Made by a program: the position numbers and the translations under genes. Below the pieces are notes generated by a model. The model saw only the letters and a program-made list of their open reading frames with translations. It did not search any database and was not told the DNA's origin. A stretch of DNA of 64,000 nt, taken from contig JAJYHZ010000001.1 of assembly GCA_021796335.1 (NCBI GenBank), positions 144,360 to 208,359 on the forward strand. Reading direction: 5' to 3'. This DNA is from a bacterium (GTDB lineage Bacteria; Patescibacteriota; Minisyncoccia; UBA6257; UBA9933). How positions within the stretch are numbered: position 1 is the first letter of the stretch; every line of letters starts with the position of its first letter. Of the stretch, positions 36,459 through 44,777 are shown one piece after another.

Positions 36459-36534
36459 TACTTAATTATATTCATATCTGTCCCAATTGTCCATAGATGT
36501 CAAAATAATCAAAATTGCTAATTTCCCTTTATTT

Positions 36535-36834
36535 TTAAGATAAGTTAAGCAATTCATATATGGCTTCTTTTTTAGCACTTTCGTGGCTTAAAAGTGCCTT
36601 TCCCCCGTATTTTTGGTTGTCCTCGGGCATATTTGTAATTGATTCGAGGAATCTTAAAATGTCTTTTTTCTCGTTTTTTTCATAATCCTCTGGATCGACC
36701 AATTTGTTAAACCAGCGGGATATGGTTTGTTTGCTGAATCTCTTACTTTTAATTACTTCAATAAAACAAAGATAAGAGCTGCCATGTGAACATTTTCTTT
36801 TAACTTCATTAAAATTTCGTTGTATCGATTTCAT
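36535..36834 (-). CDS. Hypothetical protein
   Basis: ORF only. Confidence 0.35.
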   Translation of the reverse strand: MKSIQRNFNEVKRKCSHGSSYLCFIEVIKSKRFSKQTISRWFNKLVDPEDYEKNEKKDILRFLESITNMPEDNQKYGGKALLSHESAKKEAIYELLNLS

Positions 36835-36838
36835 TTTA

Positions 36839-37048
36839 TTAAATTATTTTAATCGGCCTTTCAAATTCCTGACAATTATAAATTTCGTTTTTATTTTCAT
36901 AATCTAATTTGGATATCAAATTTTTATTCAGTTTAATTTTTAAATTGGAACAAAATTCTTTACGTTGGTTTTTATCTAATCTTTTGAATTTTTTTATTTG
37001 TCTTTTGAGTTGGATTTTCCGCCAATTTTTCTTTTTTAAATTTTTCAT
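36839..37048 (-). CDS. Small lysine-rich hypothetical protein
   Basis: ORF only. Confidence 0.3.
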   Translation of the reverse strand: MKNLKKKNWRKIQLKRQIKKFKRLDKNQRKEFCSNLKIKLNKNLISKLDYENKNEIYNCQEFERPIKII

Positions 37049-37404
37049 AGTTATTAATTCAGCCGCTCTCTTTTTTTAAAAACTTATAAGAGAAGGGAAG
37101 GATTATTTATATATGTTATATCTGGGTATTGAGATTCAGATCCTCTTGGAGTTGTTCCTTTCCTTGTTTAATCTGTTCATTTGAGCAAACGAGATTTAAT
37201 TCGTTTGAGTAAAAGCTTGGATTAAAAAGAATTGGGCAATCGGGTGAAAACTTCCATCTCAATTATTCCCCGTACTTCCGTTTTTCTTTTTAGATACGGT
37301 CAGCGGCGGAAAGATGAAAGAAAAAGAGTTCCCATACCTCCTCCTCCTTACATCAATCTCAAAACTTGCTTGATATAATTTTTAATTGGGTTAAAAACCC
37401 TGAT

Positions 37405-37686
37405 TTAATCTTGTTTAGAGATCAAATCACGATTCTTAACCATAAATTGTCTATAATCTCTTTTGAGGCAAATCTGGGTTAACCTCAATAAAGCACTACC
37501 AATCTCATTAATTTGTTCATCGGTAAAATTTTCGGTATATTTTCCAAACTCTTTTATTAAAATCTCCCTCAATCCTATTTGAGCCTCCTTAGATATCATA
37601 AAATAAAAAAGAAAAAGCGCCCCCGTTTGAGAGCGCTTGCGATTAGCTTTAGCGTTTGGAACATTATAGCATATTTCATCTTGCAA
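37405..37686 (-). CDS. Hypothetical protein
   Basis: ORF only. Confidence 0.35.
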   Translation of the reverse strand: MQDEICYNVPNAKANRKRSQTGALFLFYFMISKEAQIGLREILIKEFGKYTENFTDEQINEIGSALLRLTQICLKRDYRQFMVKNRDLISKQD

Positions 37687-37947
37687 TACAAGCCCGTGTA
37701 CTTAGACAAATAAGGATAATAAAGATAATTTTTATCCACTTTAAACAAAAGTAAATTTATTGTTTAATTATTATTAACAACTTAATATGCCTAAACCATA
37801 TTTAAAAAATTATGGCATAGCACAAAGACCAATGAAGCATATAGAACCCGTCATGGGGTTGCTTCATTGGCCATATTGGGAAACCAATATGTCTGGCAAA
37901 AGCCGGAGACTCGTGGCGGGTTTTATGTTTTATAAAATAAAAAATTT

Positions 37948-38715
37948 ATGCTTATAAAAACAAAAATACAAAAATTAATTTTATTAATAGGGGGTATTTT
38001 AATATTTTTACAATTAGATAATGTCAGTTATTATCGAACCACTAAAGCTTTATTAAATTCTATTAGTATTGCGGTTATAACTTTTGTTTTATTAATTTTA
38101 TCCAAAGATTATGAACCAAAATTCCATTTAAAAATTTGGAATTTTATAAAAAAACATAAGTATATTATTTTAATCGTTAGTTTAATCGTTAGTTTTATTT
38201 GGGGAATTAAATATTTAAGTGAATGGTATACACAAGAACAAATTAATGAACAATTTCATAATTCAGAAATTGTATACCAGAATTGCTTGGACAAGGTTGC
38301 AAATCAAGATAATGAAATTCAAAATGAAATAAATACTTATATTGATACAAATCTTCCTATAATACAACAATATAATTTACAGCACTATGGCGGATTATAT
38401 AACTTTTCCTGCATTACATATAATAGTCCCAATTGCTCTCAAGTTGAGAAAAAATATAATTCAGATATTGATCAAATTAGACAACAAAGCTATTTTGAAC
38501 AATGGTCAGATGCTAATAGACCTGGTTATAGTGATAAGGTGGGATTTTGGGAGGTATATTTTATGAAATGGATGATGGATAACCACCCTGAATTTTGCGA
38601 TGAATATAATCCAGGGCTTATTAGGGATTTTGTAAATAAAAAAATGAAAATAATTAATTCAAATCCCAGTAATCAGAGTTCTGGGGGAATTTTTATTCCT
38701 TTTTATGGGAAGTAA
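37948..38715 (+). CDS. Membrane protein, hypothetical (N-terminal TM helices)
   Basis: ORF; hydrophobic N-terminus; very AT-rich. Confidence 0.45.
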   Translation: MLIKTKIQKLILLIGGILIFLQLDNVSYYRTTKALLNSISIAVITFVLLILSKDYEPKFHLKIWNFIKKHKYIILIVSLIVSFIWGIKYLSEWYTQEQINEQFHNSEIVYQNCLDKVANQDNEIQNEINTYIDTNLPIIQQYNLQHYGGLYNFSCITYNSPNCSQVEKKYNSDIDQIRQQSYFEQWSDANRPGYSDKVGFWEVYFMKWMMDNHPEFCDEYNPGLIRDFVNKKMKIINSNPSNQSSGGIFIPFYGK

Positions 38716-38756
38716 CCACCACGTACTAGCCATTAATTTAGATTTCATATAATTTT

Positions 38757-39122
38757 ATGAGTATAGAAAAAGCTCAAAAAATTTTTCAAGAATGGAAAAA
38801 TTATATAGAAATTCATACAAAGCTTTCTACTATTTTTGAAAAAATTCCAGAATCATTTTTGCCATATCCAGTTAAAATTCTCGAAGAAGCACTAAATATC
38901 ATCGCAGAAGATTATTTTAATAAGGGAAATTACAGAATGAGTGATAATATAAAAGAACTATTAAGCGACCTCTACATTTATACAAAAGACGAGGAAGCAA
39001 TAAAAACAATCATTAATAGCTTTTCCCAAGAAAATTTAGAAATAATAAATTTACACTTTGCGCTTTTAAAAGAAGTTCGGGATAGTTGGTTAAAATCTAA
39101 ATATAAAAATAACTATTTGTAA
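38757..39122 (+). CDS. Hypothetical protein
   Basis: ORF only. Confidence 0.4.
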   Translation: MSIEKAQKIFQEWKNYIEIHTKLSTIFEKIPESFLPYPVKILEEALNIIAEDYFNKGNYRMSDNIKELLSDLYIYTKDEEAIKTIINSFSQENLEIINLHFALLKEVRDSWLKSKYKNNYL

Positions 39123-39143
39123 TATGGCTATAAACACAAAAAT

Positions 39144-39899
39144 ATGAAGAAAGATATCCTTAAGTCGCTTTATATATTTTTAGGAATTACTGGCGGGTTT
39201 GTTATTGCGGCTATTATTAACAACACACTCAATAATACAGACGGATATCAATCAGAAATACAACAACAAACACAGCAGGGTGCAATACAACAAGTTAATA
39301 ATTTAAATCCAATCTCAACATCAAGTCTTGAAGTTCCCACTACTACATCGGCCTCTCACTTATCTTGCGATTATTCTCAATGGAAAAAAGCACTTAGTGA
39401 ACGAGATGGTGTAATTTCTCAATTAAATTCCGAAATTAATAATTATGTATCTGCAAATAAAGAATGGCAAGGTCAGGGGAATGAATGGCAAGTAGAGAAA
39501 GCAAAATATGATACGGCAATTAGTTCTTATAAAACATCTCTTAATGAATTACTTAATAAATACATCGATATAAATCAAAAATATTCTTCTTTGGTTAATA
39601 ATTGGAATGATTTAGTAGATAAATGGAATAATCTAATTTCTATTCAATCGCAAAATAATTATAATAATTCACTTTATACTCAAAATTTAGAAAATATTTC
39701 CCAACCATCCAATAGTAATTGTAGTAATTATTTAAGTAATCCCAATCTTCCACAATCTGTTGCAGATAGGCAATATGCTCAATGCTCAGGAATATCTATA
39801 ACGGTTGATCCTTTGACTTGTGAACATTATTTATATGATAGCGGCTCATGGCAACAAAAATTTCTTAATTATCAATCTTGTTTATCAGGAAAATTATAA
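39144..39899 (+). CDS. Membrane-anchored N/Q-rich coiled-coil protein
   Basis: N-terminal TM helix, then N/Q/W-rich heptad-like segments (NEWQGQGNEWQVEKAKYD, NNWNDLVDKWNNLIS). Confidence 0.45.
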   Translation: MKKDILKSLYIFLGITGGFVIAAIINNTLNNTDGYQSEIQQQTQQGAIQQVNNLNPISTSSLEVPTTTSASHLSCDYSQWKKALSERDGVISQLNSEINNYVSANKEWQGQGNEWQVEKAKYDTAISSYKTSLNELLNKYIDINQKYSSLVNNWNDLVDKWNNLISIQSQNNYNNSLYTQNLENISQPSNSNCSNYLSNPNLPQSVADRQYAQCSGISITVDPLTCEHYLYDSGSWQQKFLNYQSCLSGKL

Positions 39900-39905
39900 A
39901 TTTTT

Positions 39906-40160
39906 ATGAATTTATACTACAAAAGAATAAAAAATGGATTAAAGGAAAAAGAGCCAGAAATATTTGTTATCCTAATAATCATTTTTATTATCATTATTAT
40001 TTTAATTAAATTTTTAGATAATAAACCAGTAGTAAATCAAAATATACCATTAAAAACACAAATTTATATACCAAAACCAGGAGCTCAACCCCTAAACAGA
40101 CCTATGTGGGATTACTTTAATAATACAACTACGCCAACCGAGCCAACAATTAATTTTTAA
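39906..40160 (+). CDS. Small membrane protein
   Basis: ORF; poly-Ile TM segment. Confidence 0.35.
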   Translation: MNLYYKRIKNGLKEKEPEIFVILIIIFIIIIILIKFLDNKPVVNQNIPLKTQIYIPKPGAQPLNRPMWDYFNNTTTPTEPTINF

Positions 40161-40223
40161 AAATACTAATTCTTCTTACTAATAAATTATTAAAATAAAA
40201 TTTCTCTATTTTTATAGAAAGAT

Positions 40224-40556
40224 ATGTTTAAAGAAACAAAAAAAAGTATTAAAATTTATTTTATTTTTGTTGGTATTTTGGGCTTATTAATTGGCCTTAG
40301 TTCGATTGGAAATAATAATAATTATATCTTTGGCTTTATTGCCCTACCCTCTCTCTTTTTTATTTATTTTGGGTTCAACTTCTATTATTATTTAAAAAAA
40401 TCACCTAAAATTTTAATAAAATTTGTTTTTATTTCATTTACTATAAATATAATCATAAGTTTAATAGACCAACAATATTTTGGGGTTATTATTTTTATTC
40501 TATTAGGCTGGTATCTTATTCATAATATAAAAAGAATTTCCTTAAAATCAAATTAA
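40224..40556 (+). CDS. Small membrane protein
   Basis: ORF; 3 TM helices. Confidence 0.4.
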   Translation: MFKETKKSIKIYFIFVGILGLLIGLSSIGNNNNYIFGFIALPSLFFIYFGFNFYYYLKKSPKILIKFVFISFTINIIISLIDQQYFGVIIFILLGWYLIHNIKRISLKSN

Positions 40557-40618
40557 TATTTACTAAATGAAATATTAGACTATAATAATTTCCTTTCTGG
40601 TGGATTGTAAAAAATTTT

Positions 40619-40936
40619 ATGTTAGATAATTTAAAAGATATTTATCACGAAAAGAGCTTGTTCCCTAAAATAATGATATTTATAGTTTGTGGTGGATTTT
40701 TTAATTTTTTAGAACAAAACCTATTCAAATTAGTAAAAATTAAATTTGATCGCGATGGATTTATTTCATTAATACTATCAATTTTATTAATTTTATATTT
40801 GCATTATTCAAAACCATCACCAGATAAAATAAAAACTTATAAATTAAATTGGATTAGTGAAATATTTATAACAATATTAATGGTAATATTTTTCATTTGG
40901 CTTATTCAAATAGTAGCTTTGAGTGATATTAAATAA
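40619..40936 (+). CDS. Small membrane protein
   Basis: ORF; 3 TM helices. Confidence 0.4.
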   Translation: MLDNLKDIYHEKSLFPKIMIFIVCGGFFNFLEQNLFKLVKIKFDRDGFISLILSILLILYLHYSKPSPDKIKTYKLNWISEIFITILMVIFFIWLIQIVALSDIK

Positions 40937-42029
40937 ATTAAGTCATTTAATTAAATTGAAAAGAAAAATATTAAAAATATCCGGCGTTCTTATAATAATT
41001 TTTCTTATACTTGTTTTCCCAGCTAAATTTTTCACAAATAAAGAAAAGAATTTAAAAGGGCAAAATAAATCCATCTCAAACTATTTAAACACTTCCGTCT
41101 GGCCAATAAATAATTTAGCCAAAATTGCAAATAATTTTTACAAAAATAAAGATTATTCTATTTCTGCCAGTAGTACCAATTCAAAGCCCCAAAATAACAC
41201 CAATTCCGAAATAAGTCCCATATTAATAACAGCAAAAAGTCTTATAGCTCTAAACTGCTATGCCAAGTCCAATAATTTAACTATTACTCAAAAATATGGA
41301 GATAGCCGAGGAGATATTAAGTGGATGTTAGGCAGTGGCGTCTTAATTAATCCTCAGGGTTATATCCTAACAGCAAGGCACATCGTTGATCCTCAATGGG
41401 AAGTTTCCTCTTACGGCACATTTTTATCCGCTAAAGAAAGAAAACTTGATAGCCAGCTAATTTTTGATTATTGCGAAGTTAGTTTTCCGATTGATGATAC
41501 AAATTTACCAACTACTAAACAAATAAGAACCCAAGATCCTCATATCAAATTAACTCGCCCCTTTCCCTACATCGCCACTTTATATTTTACCCCATCAAAA
41601 GAAAATCTAAGCGGCTGGGAATACAACAATCTTGATTTTGCAATTCTCAAAATCAATCAATCTAATTCTTATTCTTATAATCCGGCTATTTACTCGCAAG
41701 TGCCTCAGGATTCCGATCAAGTTATAACCTATGGATATGCGCCAAGCCCAGATATACCATTTAACGAATTTTATATAGAAGGGTCGGCTGGAATAGTAAA
41801 TACATATTATGGCGGTGATCAATATTTTTTACACAAACCTTTTCAATTTGGATATACGGCTAAAAATATAAAATCTGGCAAATCAGGATCGCCAATATTC
41901 TGGAAAGGATATGTTGTGGGGATTGAAATTGCTGGCGATAATAATCCTCCTGATTATGCCTTGGGTATTCCAGCAATCTATCAAATCTTAAAAGACAATA
42001 ATTTGGATTGGATTTTATTGAAAAATTAA
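40923..42029 (+). CDS. Membrane-anchored trypsin-like (S1/HtrA-fold) serine protease
   Basis: GSGVLINPQGYILTARHIV (His), DFAILKI (Asp), GKSGSPIF (Ser) catalytic-triad motifs; N-terminal TM helix. Confidence 0.65.
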   Translation: MILNKLSHLIKLKRKILKISGVLIIIFLILVFPAKFFTNKEKNLKGQNKSISNYLNTSVWPINNLAKIANNFYKNKDYSISASSTNSKPQNNTNSEISPILITAKSLIALNCYAKSNNLTITQKYGDSRGDIKWMLGSGVLINPQGYILTARHIVDPQWEVSSYGTFLSAKERKLDSQLIFDYCEVSFPIDDTNLPTTKQIRTQDPHIKLTRPFPYIATLYFTPSKENLSGWEYNNLDFAILKINQSNSYSYNPAIYSQVPQDSDQVITYGYAPSPDIPFNEFYIEGSAGIVNTYYGGDQYFLHKPFQFGYTAKNIKSGKSGSPIFWKGYVVGIEIAGDNNPPDYALGIPAIYQILKDNNLDWILLKN

Positions 42030-42406
42030 TTATTTTCATTATTCCGACTAAGTCCGCCATATATTGGAATTAAAGGAATGGGATTTTGTTTTAATTCATC
42101 AGCCTTTTCACTTTTATCAACAAAATAACCAGCTCTATCTAAAATATCTTTACAGGCATTAAGTCTAACATTTTCACTTTTTGCTTCTTTTGCCAATTTA
42201 TAAATTATAAGTATCGCATCTTCAGCTTTTTCTTTTAAATAATCTTTAATCGCAGGCTTTTGCAGGTTTTCTGTTCCTATTGAATGGGCTGTATTGCGAT
42301 TTTTGGCATTGTAAGCTCTGGCAGCCGATTCCGTGGCATTTCCTGTTTCAAGATAATTATTTACAAAATTTTGTTGTTTTAATGTTAATTTTCCCATAAT
42401 TTCCAA
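42026..42406 (-). CDS. Phage terminase small subunit-like protein (TerS, HTH)
   Basis: LTLKQQNFVNNYLETGNATESAARAYNAKNRNTAHSIGTENLQKPAIKDYL matches the terminase small subunit N-terminal signature. Confidence 0.65.
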   Translation of the reverse strand: MEIMGKLTLKQQNFVNNYLETGNATESAARAYNAKNRNTAHSIGTENLQKPAIKDYLKEKAEDAILIIYKLAKEAKSENVRLNACKDILDRAGYFVDKSEKADELKQNPIPLIPIYGGLSRNNENN

Positions 42407-42412
42407 ATAATT

Positions 42413-42442
42413 TTAGGTTCTAATTGTTTCCAACATGCGGAG
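42413..42442. repeat. Direct repeat copy 1 (ttaggttctaat-N6-caacatgcggag)
   Basis: Matches 44670-44699: two exact 12-mers with identical 6-nt spacing. Confidence 0.7.
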
Positions 42443-42626
42443 CCAACACACAACTCAATCCCTTTTCAGGAAAATTTACGCGCGCTGCGCGAAGCGCAGC
42501 ATAGTGTTCGACGGGGGTTTCCGACACTTTTTTGTTTCGCAAAGTCAAATCCGCCCCCCCTTTTTTTAAAAATCAGTTTTCTAGTTTTCCAACTATACAT
42601 ATAATTAATGTTTCTTAAAAAAAATA

Positions 42627-43097
42627 ATGATGAATATTCGCCCCAAAAAAGAAGATGATGATTTAGCAATTAAAGAAATTTACTCGTTGTATTGGACAGA
42701 CAAGTATTTTCTTAAACATACATTAGAAAGATTAAAAGATTCTTTAGATCCCTTAGCTCCTAAAATTAGTTATTTTGTAGCGGAAGAAGATTCTGTAGTT
42801 GTAGGGGTTATTGGATTCCGTGGTGCACCTTTACATATGCAATTTTTTTCAAAAACATCAAATCCTGCAGAACTTTATATCTTAGCAGTCAAAAATCAAA
42901 AATTTGGGGTAGGAAAAAATCTTATTAAAAAAATAATAAGCGAAACCAAAAAATTAGGATACACTGAAATTGTGCTTTTTAGCTCTGTTTCTTTTAAGAA
43001 TTCTTGGTCTTTTTATGATCATATGGGATTCGAGAGAGTTGAATCTGCGATTGCACCTAATGAAGAGCAGGGACAAACTTGGAGAGTAGAATTATAA
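42627..43097 (+). CDS. GNAT family N-acetyltransferase
   Basis: VGVIGF...QKFGVGKNLIKKI...GFERV acetyl-CoA binding pattern. Confidence 0.7.
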   Translation: MMNIRPKKEDDDLAIKEIYSLYWTDKYFLKHTLERLKDSLDPLAPKISYFVAEEDSVVVGVIGFRGAPLHMQFFSKTSNPAELYILAVKNQKFGVGKNLIKKIISETKKLGYTEIVLFSSVSFKNSWSFYDHMGFERVESAIAPNEEQGQTWRVEL

Positions 43098-43374
43098 CAG
43101 ATTGGCATTTTAATTATTAAATTCGAAAAATATTTCATTTGAGAATGCTTCAGGTATAAAATATTAGTTTTGATATTCAAATTCCTTTAAAACACATGCT
43201 TATTCCAAAGATTATCCATGTAATCTTTATTTGAGCTGTTCCATATCCTTTACATAACCCCAGAAGGTTGACAAATGATTTTAAGTCTTGTATGATTAAA
43301 AAACTTAGTAAGGAACTCCTTTAAACCGCTGATAAATCGTATTAATAGAGGTTCTCACTGGGACAACTAATAAT

Positions 43375-44673
43375 ATGAGAAAAAATAACAAGCGTGTTTT
43401 TTTCGGCCCTGCCAGAAATTTCAACAGGCCTAAACCCTCATTTGGGCGTAATTTTAAAAACAATCGAAAAGCAAACTTTACCAAAAGTCTATTTATTGAT
43501 GAATCGAAATTCATTAATAAAGCCATTGAAAATAATCTCTCTGAATTTATTCCTAAGCATAAATTCACTGATTTTAAAATCAGTGAAAAATTAAAGCAAA
43601 ATATTCTAAAAAAGGGATTTGAAAAGCCAACGGCTATTCAAGATCAAACTATTCCAGAAGTTCTAAACGGTAAAGATGTTATTGGTTTAGCTGATACCGG
43701 TACTGGTAAAACCGCCGCCTTTTTAATCCCATTCATCGATAAAACAATTCGCAATAAAAATCAAAAAGTATTAATCATGGCTCCTACCAGGGAATTAGCC
43801 ATCCAAATCAATGCGGAATTTATGGAACTGGCCAAATTTCTTGGCATTTTTTCTGTCACTGCCGTTGGTGGCGACAGCATTGGACCCCAAATTTCACAAA
43901 TCCGAAGAGGATATCATTTTCTTATCGGAACTCCTGGCAGAATAAAAGATTTGGCCAAAAGAAATCTAATTCGTTTTGATGGTTTTAAAAGCGCTATTTT
44001 AGATGAATCTGATCGTATGCTAGATATGGGTTTTATTAAAGATATGAAGTTTATTTTGAATCAAATGCCCAAGGAAAGGCAAACTCTGCTATTTTCTGCT
44101 ACTTTATCTCCAAAAATTGAAAACTTATCTCATCAGTTTATGCATGAGCCGCTTAAAATTAAAACTAAAATTCGCGAAACTTCTGCAAACGTTGACCAAG
44201 ACATTATTCGCGTAAACTCTAATGATGAAAAAATTGAAATTCTTCATAACCTGCTCATCGATAAAAAATTTATGAAAGTTTTGGTTTTTGTTAAAACAAA
44301 AAGCGGTGCAGAAAAACTTGAAATGGATCTTGGAAGAAGAGGATTTAAGGCGGCTTCCATTCATGGAGATAAGAGGCAGCCACAAAGGCAAAGAGCCCTT
44401 AAGTTATTTAAGGAAGACAAGGCTCAAGTTTTAGTGGCAACAGATGTGGCCGCTCGAGGCTTAGATATTTCCGAAGTTAGTCATGTTATTAATTTTGATA
44501 TTCCAGCTACTTATGAGGACTACATTCACAGAATTGGCAGAACGGGTAGAGCGGGGAAAAAGGGAGCTGCCTTAACTTTTATTGGCCAGAGAATCAAAAC
44601 AAAGCATCACAATTTTTCCCAAAGCAAGAGAGGGTCTCACAGATTTTCATCTGTCCGTGCATATAATAATTAG
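43375..44673 (+). CDS. DEAD-box ATP-dependent RNA helicase (DESD variant) with a basic N-terminal extension
   Basis: Q-motif, ADTGTGKTAAF, PTRELA, DESD, SAT, HRIGRTGRAG motifs. Confidence 0.88.
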   Translation: MRKNNKRVFFGPARNFNRPKPSFGRNFKNNRKANFTKSLFIDESKFINKAIENNLSEFIPKHKFTDFKISEKLKQNILKKGFEKPTAIQDQTIPEVLNGKDVIGLADTGTGKTAAFLIPFIDKTIRNKNQKVLIMAPTRELAIQINAEFMELAKFLGIFSVTAVGGDSIGPQISQIRRGYHFLIGTPGRIKDLAKRNLIRFDGFKSAILDESDRMLDMGFIKDMKFILNQMPKERQTLLFSATLSPKIENLSHQFMHEPLKIKTKIRETSANVDQDIIRVNSNDEKIEILHNLLIDKKFMKVLVFVKTKSGAEKLEMDLGRRGFKAASIHGDKRQPQRQRALKLFKEDKAQVLVATDVAARGLDISEVSHVINFDIPATYEDYIHRIGRTGRAGKKGAALTFIGQRIKTKHHNFSQSKRGSHRFSSVRAYNN

Positions 44674-44699
44674 GTTCTAATCCCACTCAACATGCGGAG
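44670..44699. repeat. Direct repeat copy 2 (ttaggttctaat-N6-caacatgcggag), overlapping the DEAD-box stop codon
   Basis: See copy 1. Confidence 0.7.
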
Positions 44700-44777
44700 T
44701 CGTACAAAACCCTTTTAAAAAACGGGTGTTTTTATACCCTAGTAGGATGCTAGGACTTCAGATATAATCTTTTAAAT

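Noticed and set aside
37049-37404. ORF-free 350-bp gap with an aggaggagg SD-like motif on the minus strand and a caaacga/tcgtttg hairpin, considered as an sRNA or leader
   Set aside because: The only ORF after the SD is 11 codons. There is no convincing promoter/terminator pair or conserved structure, so it is left as intergenic.
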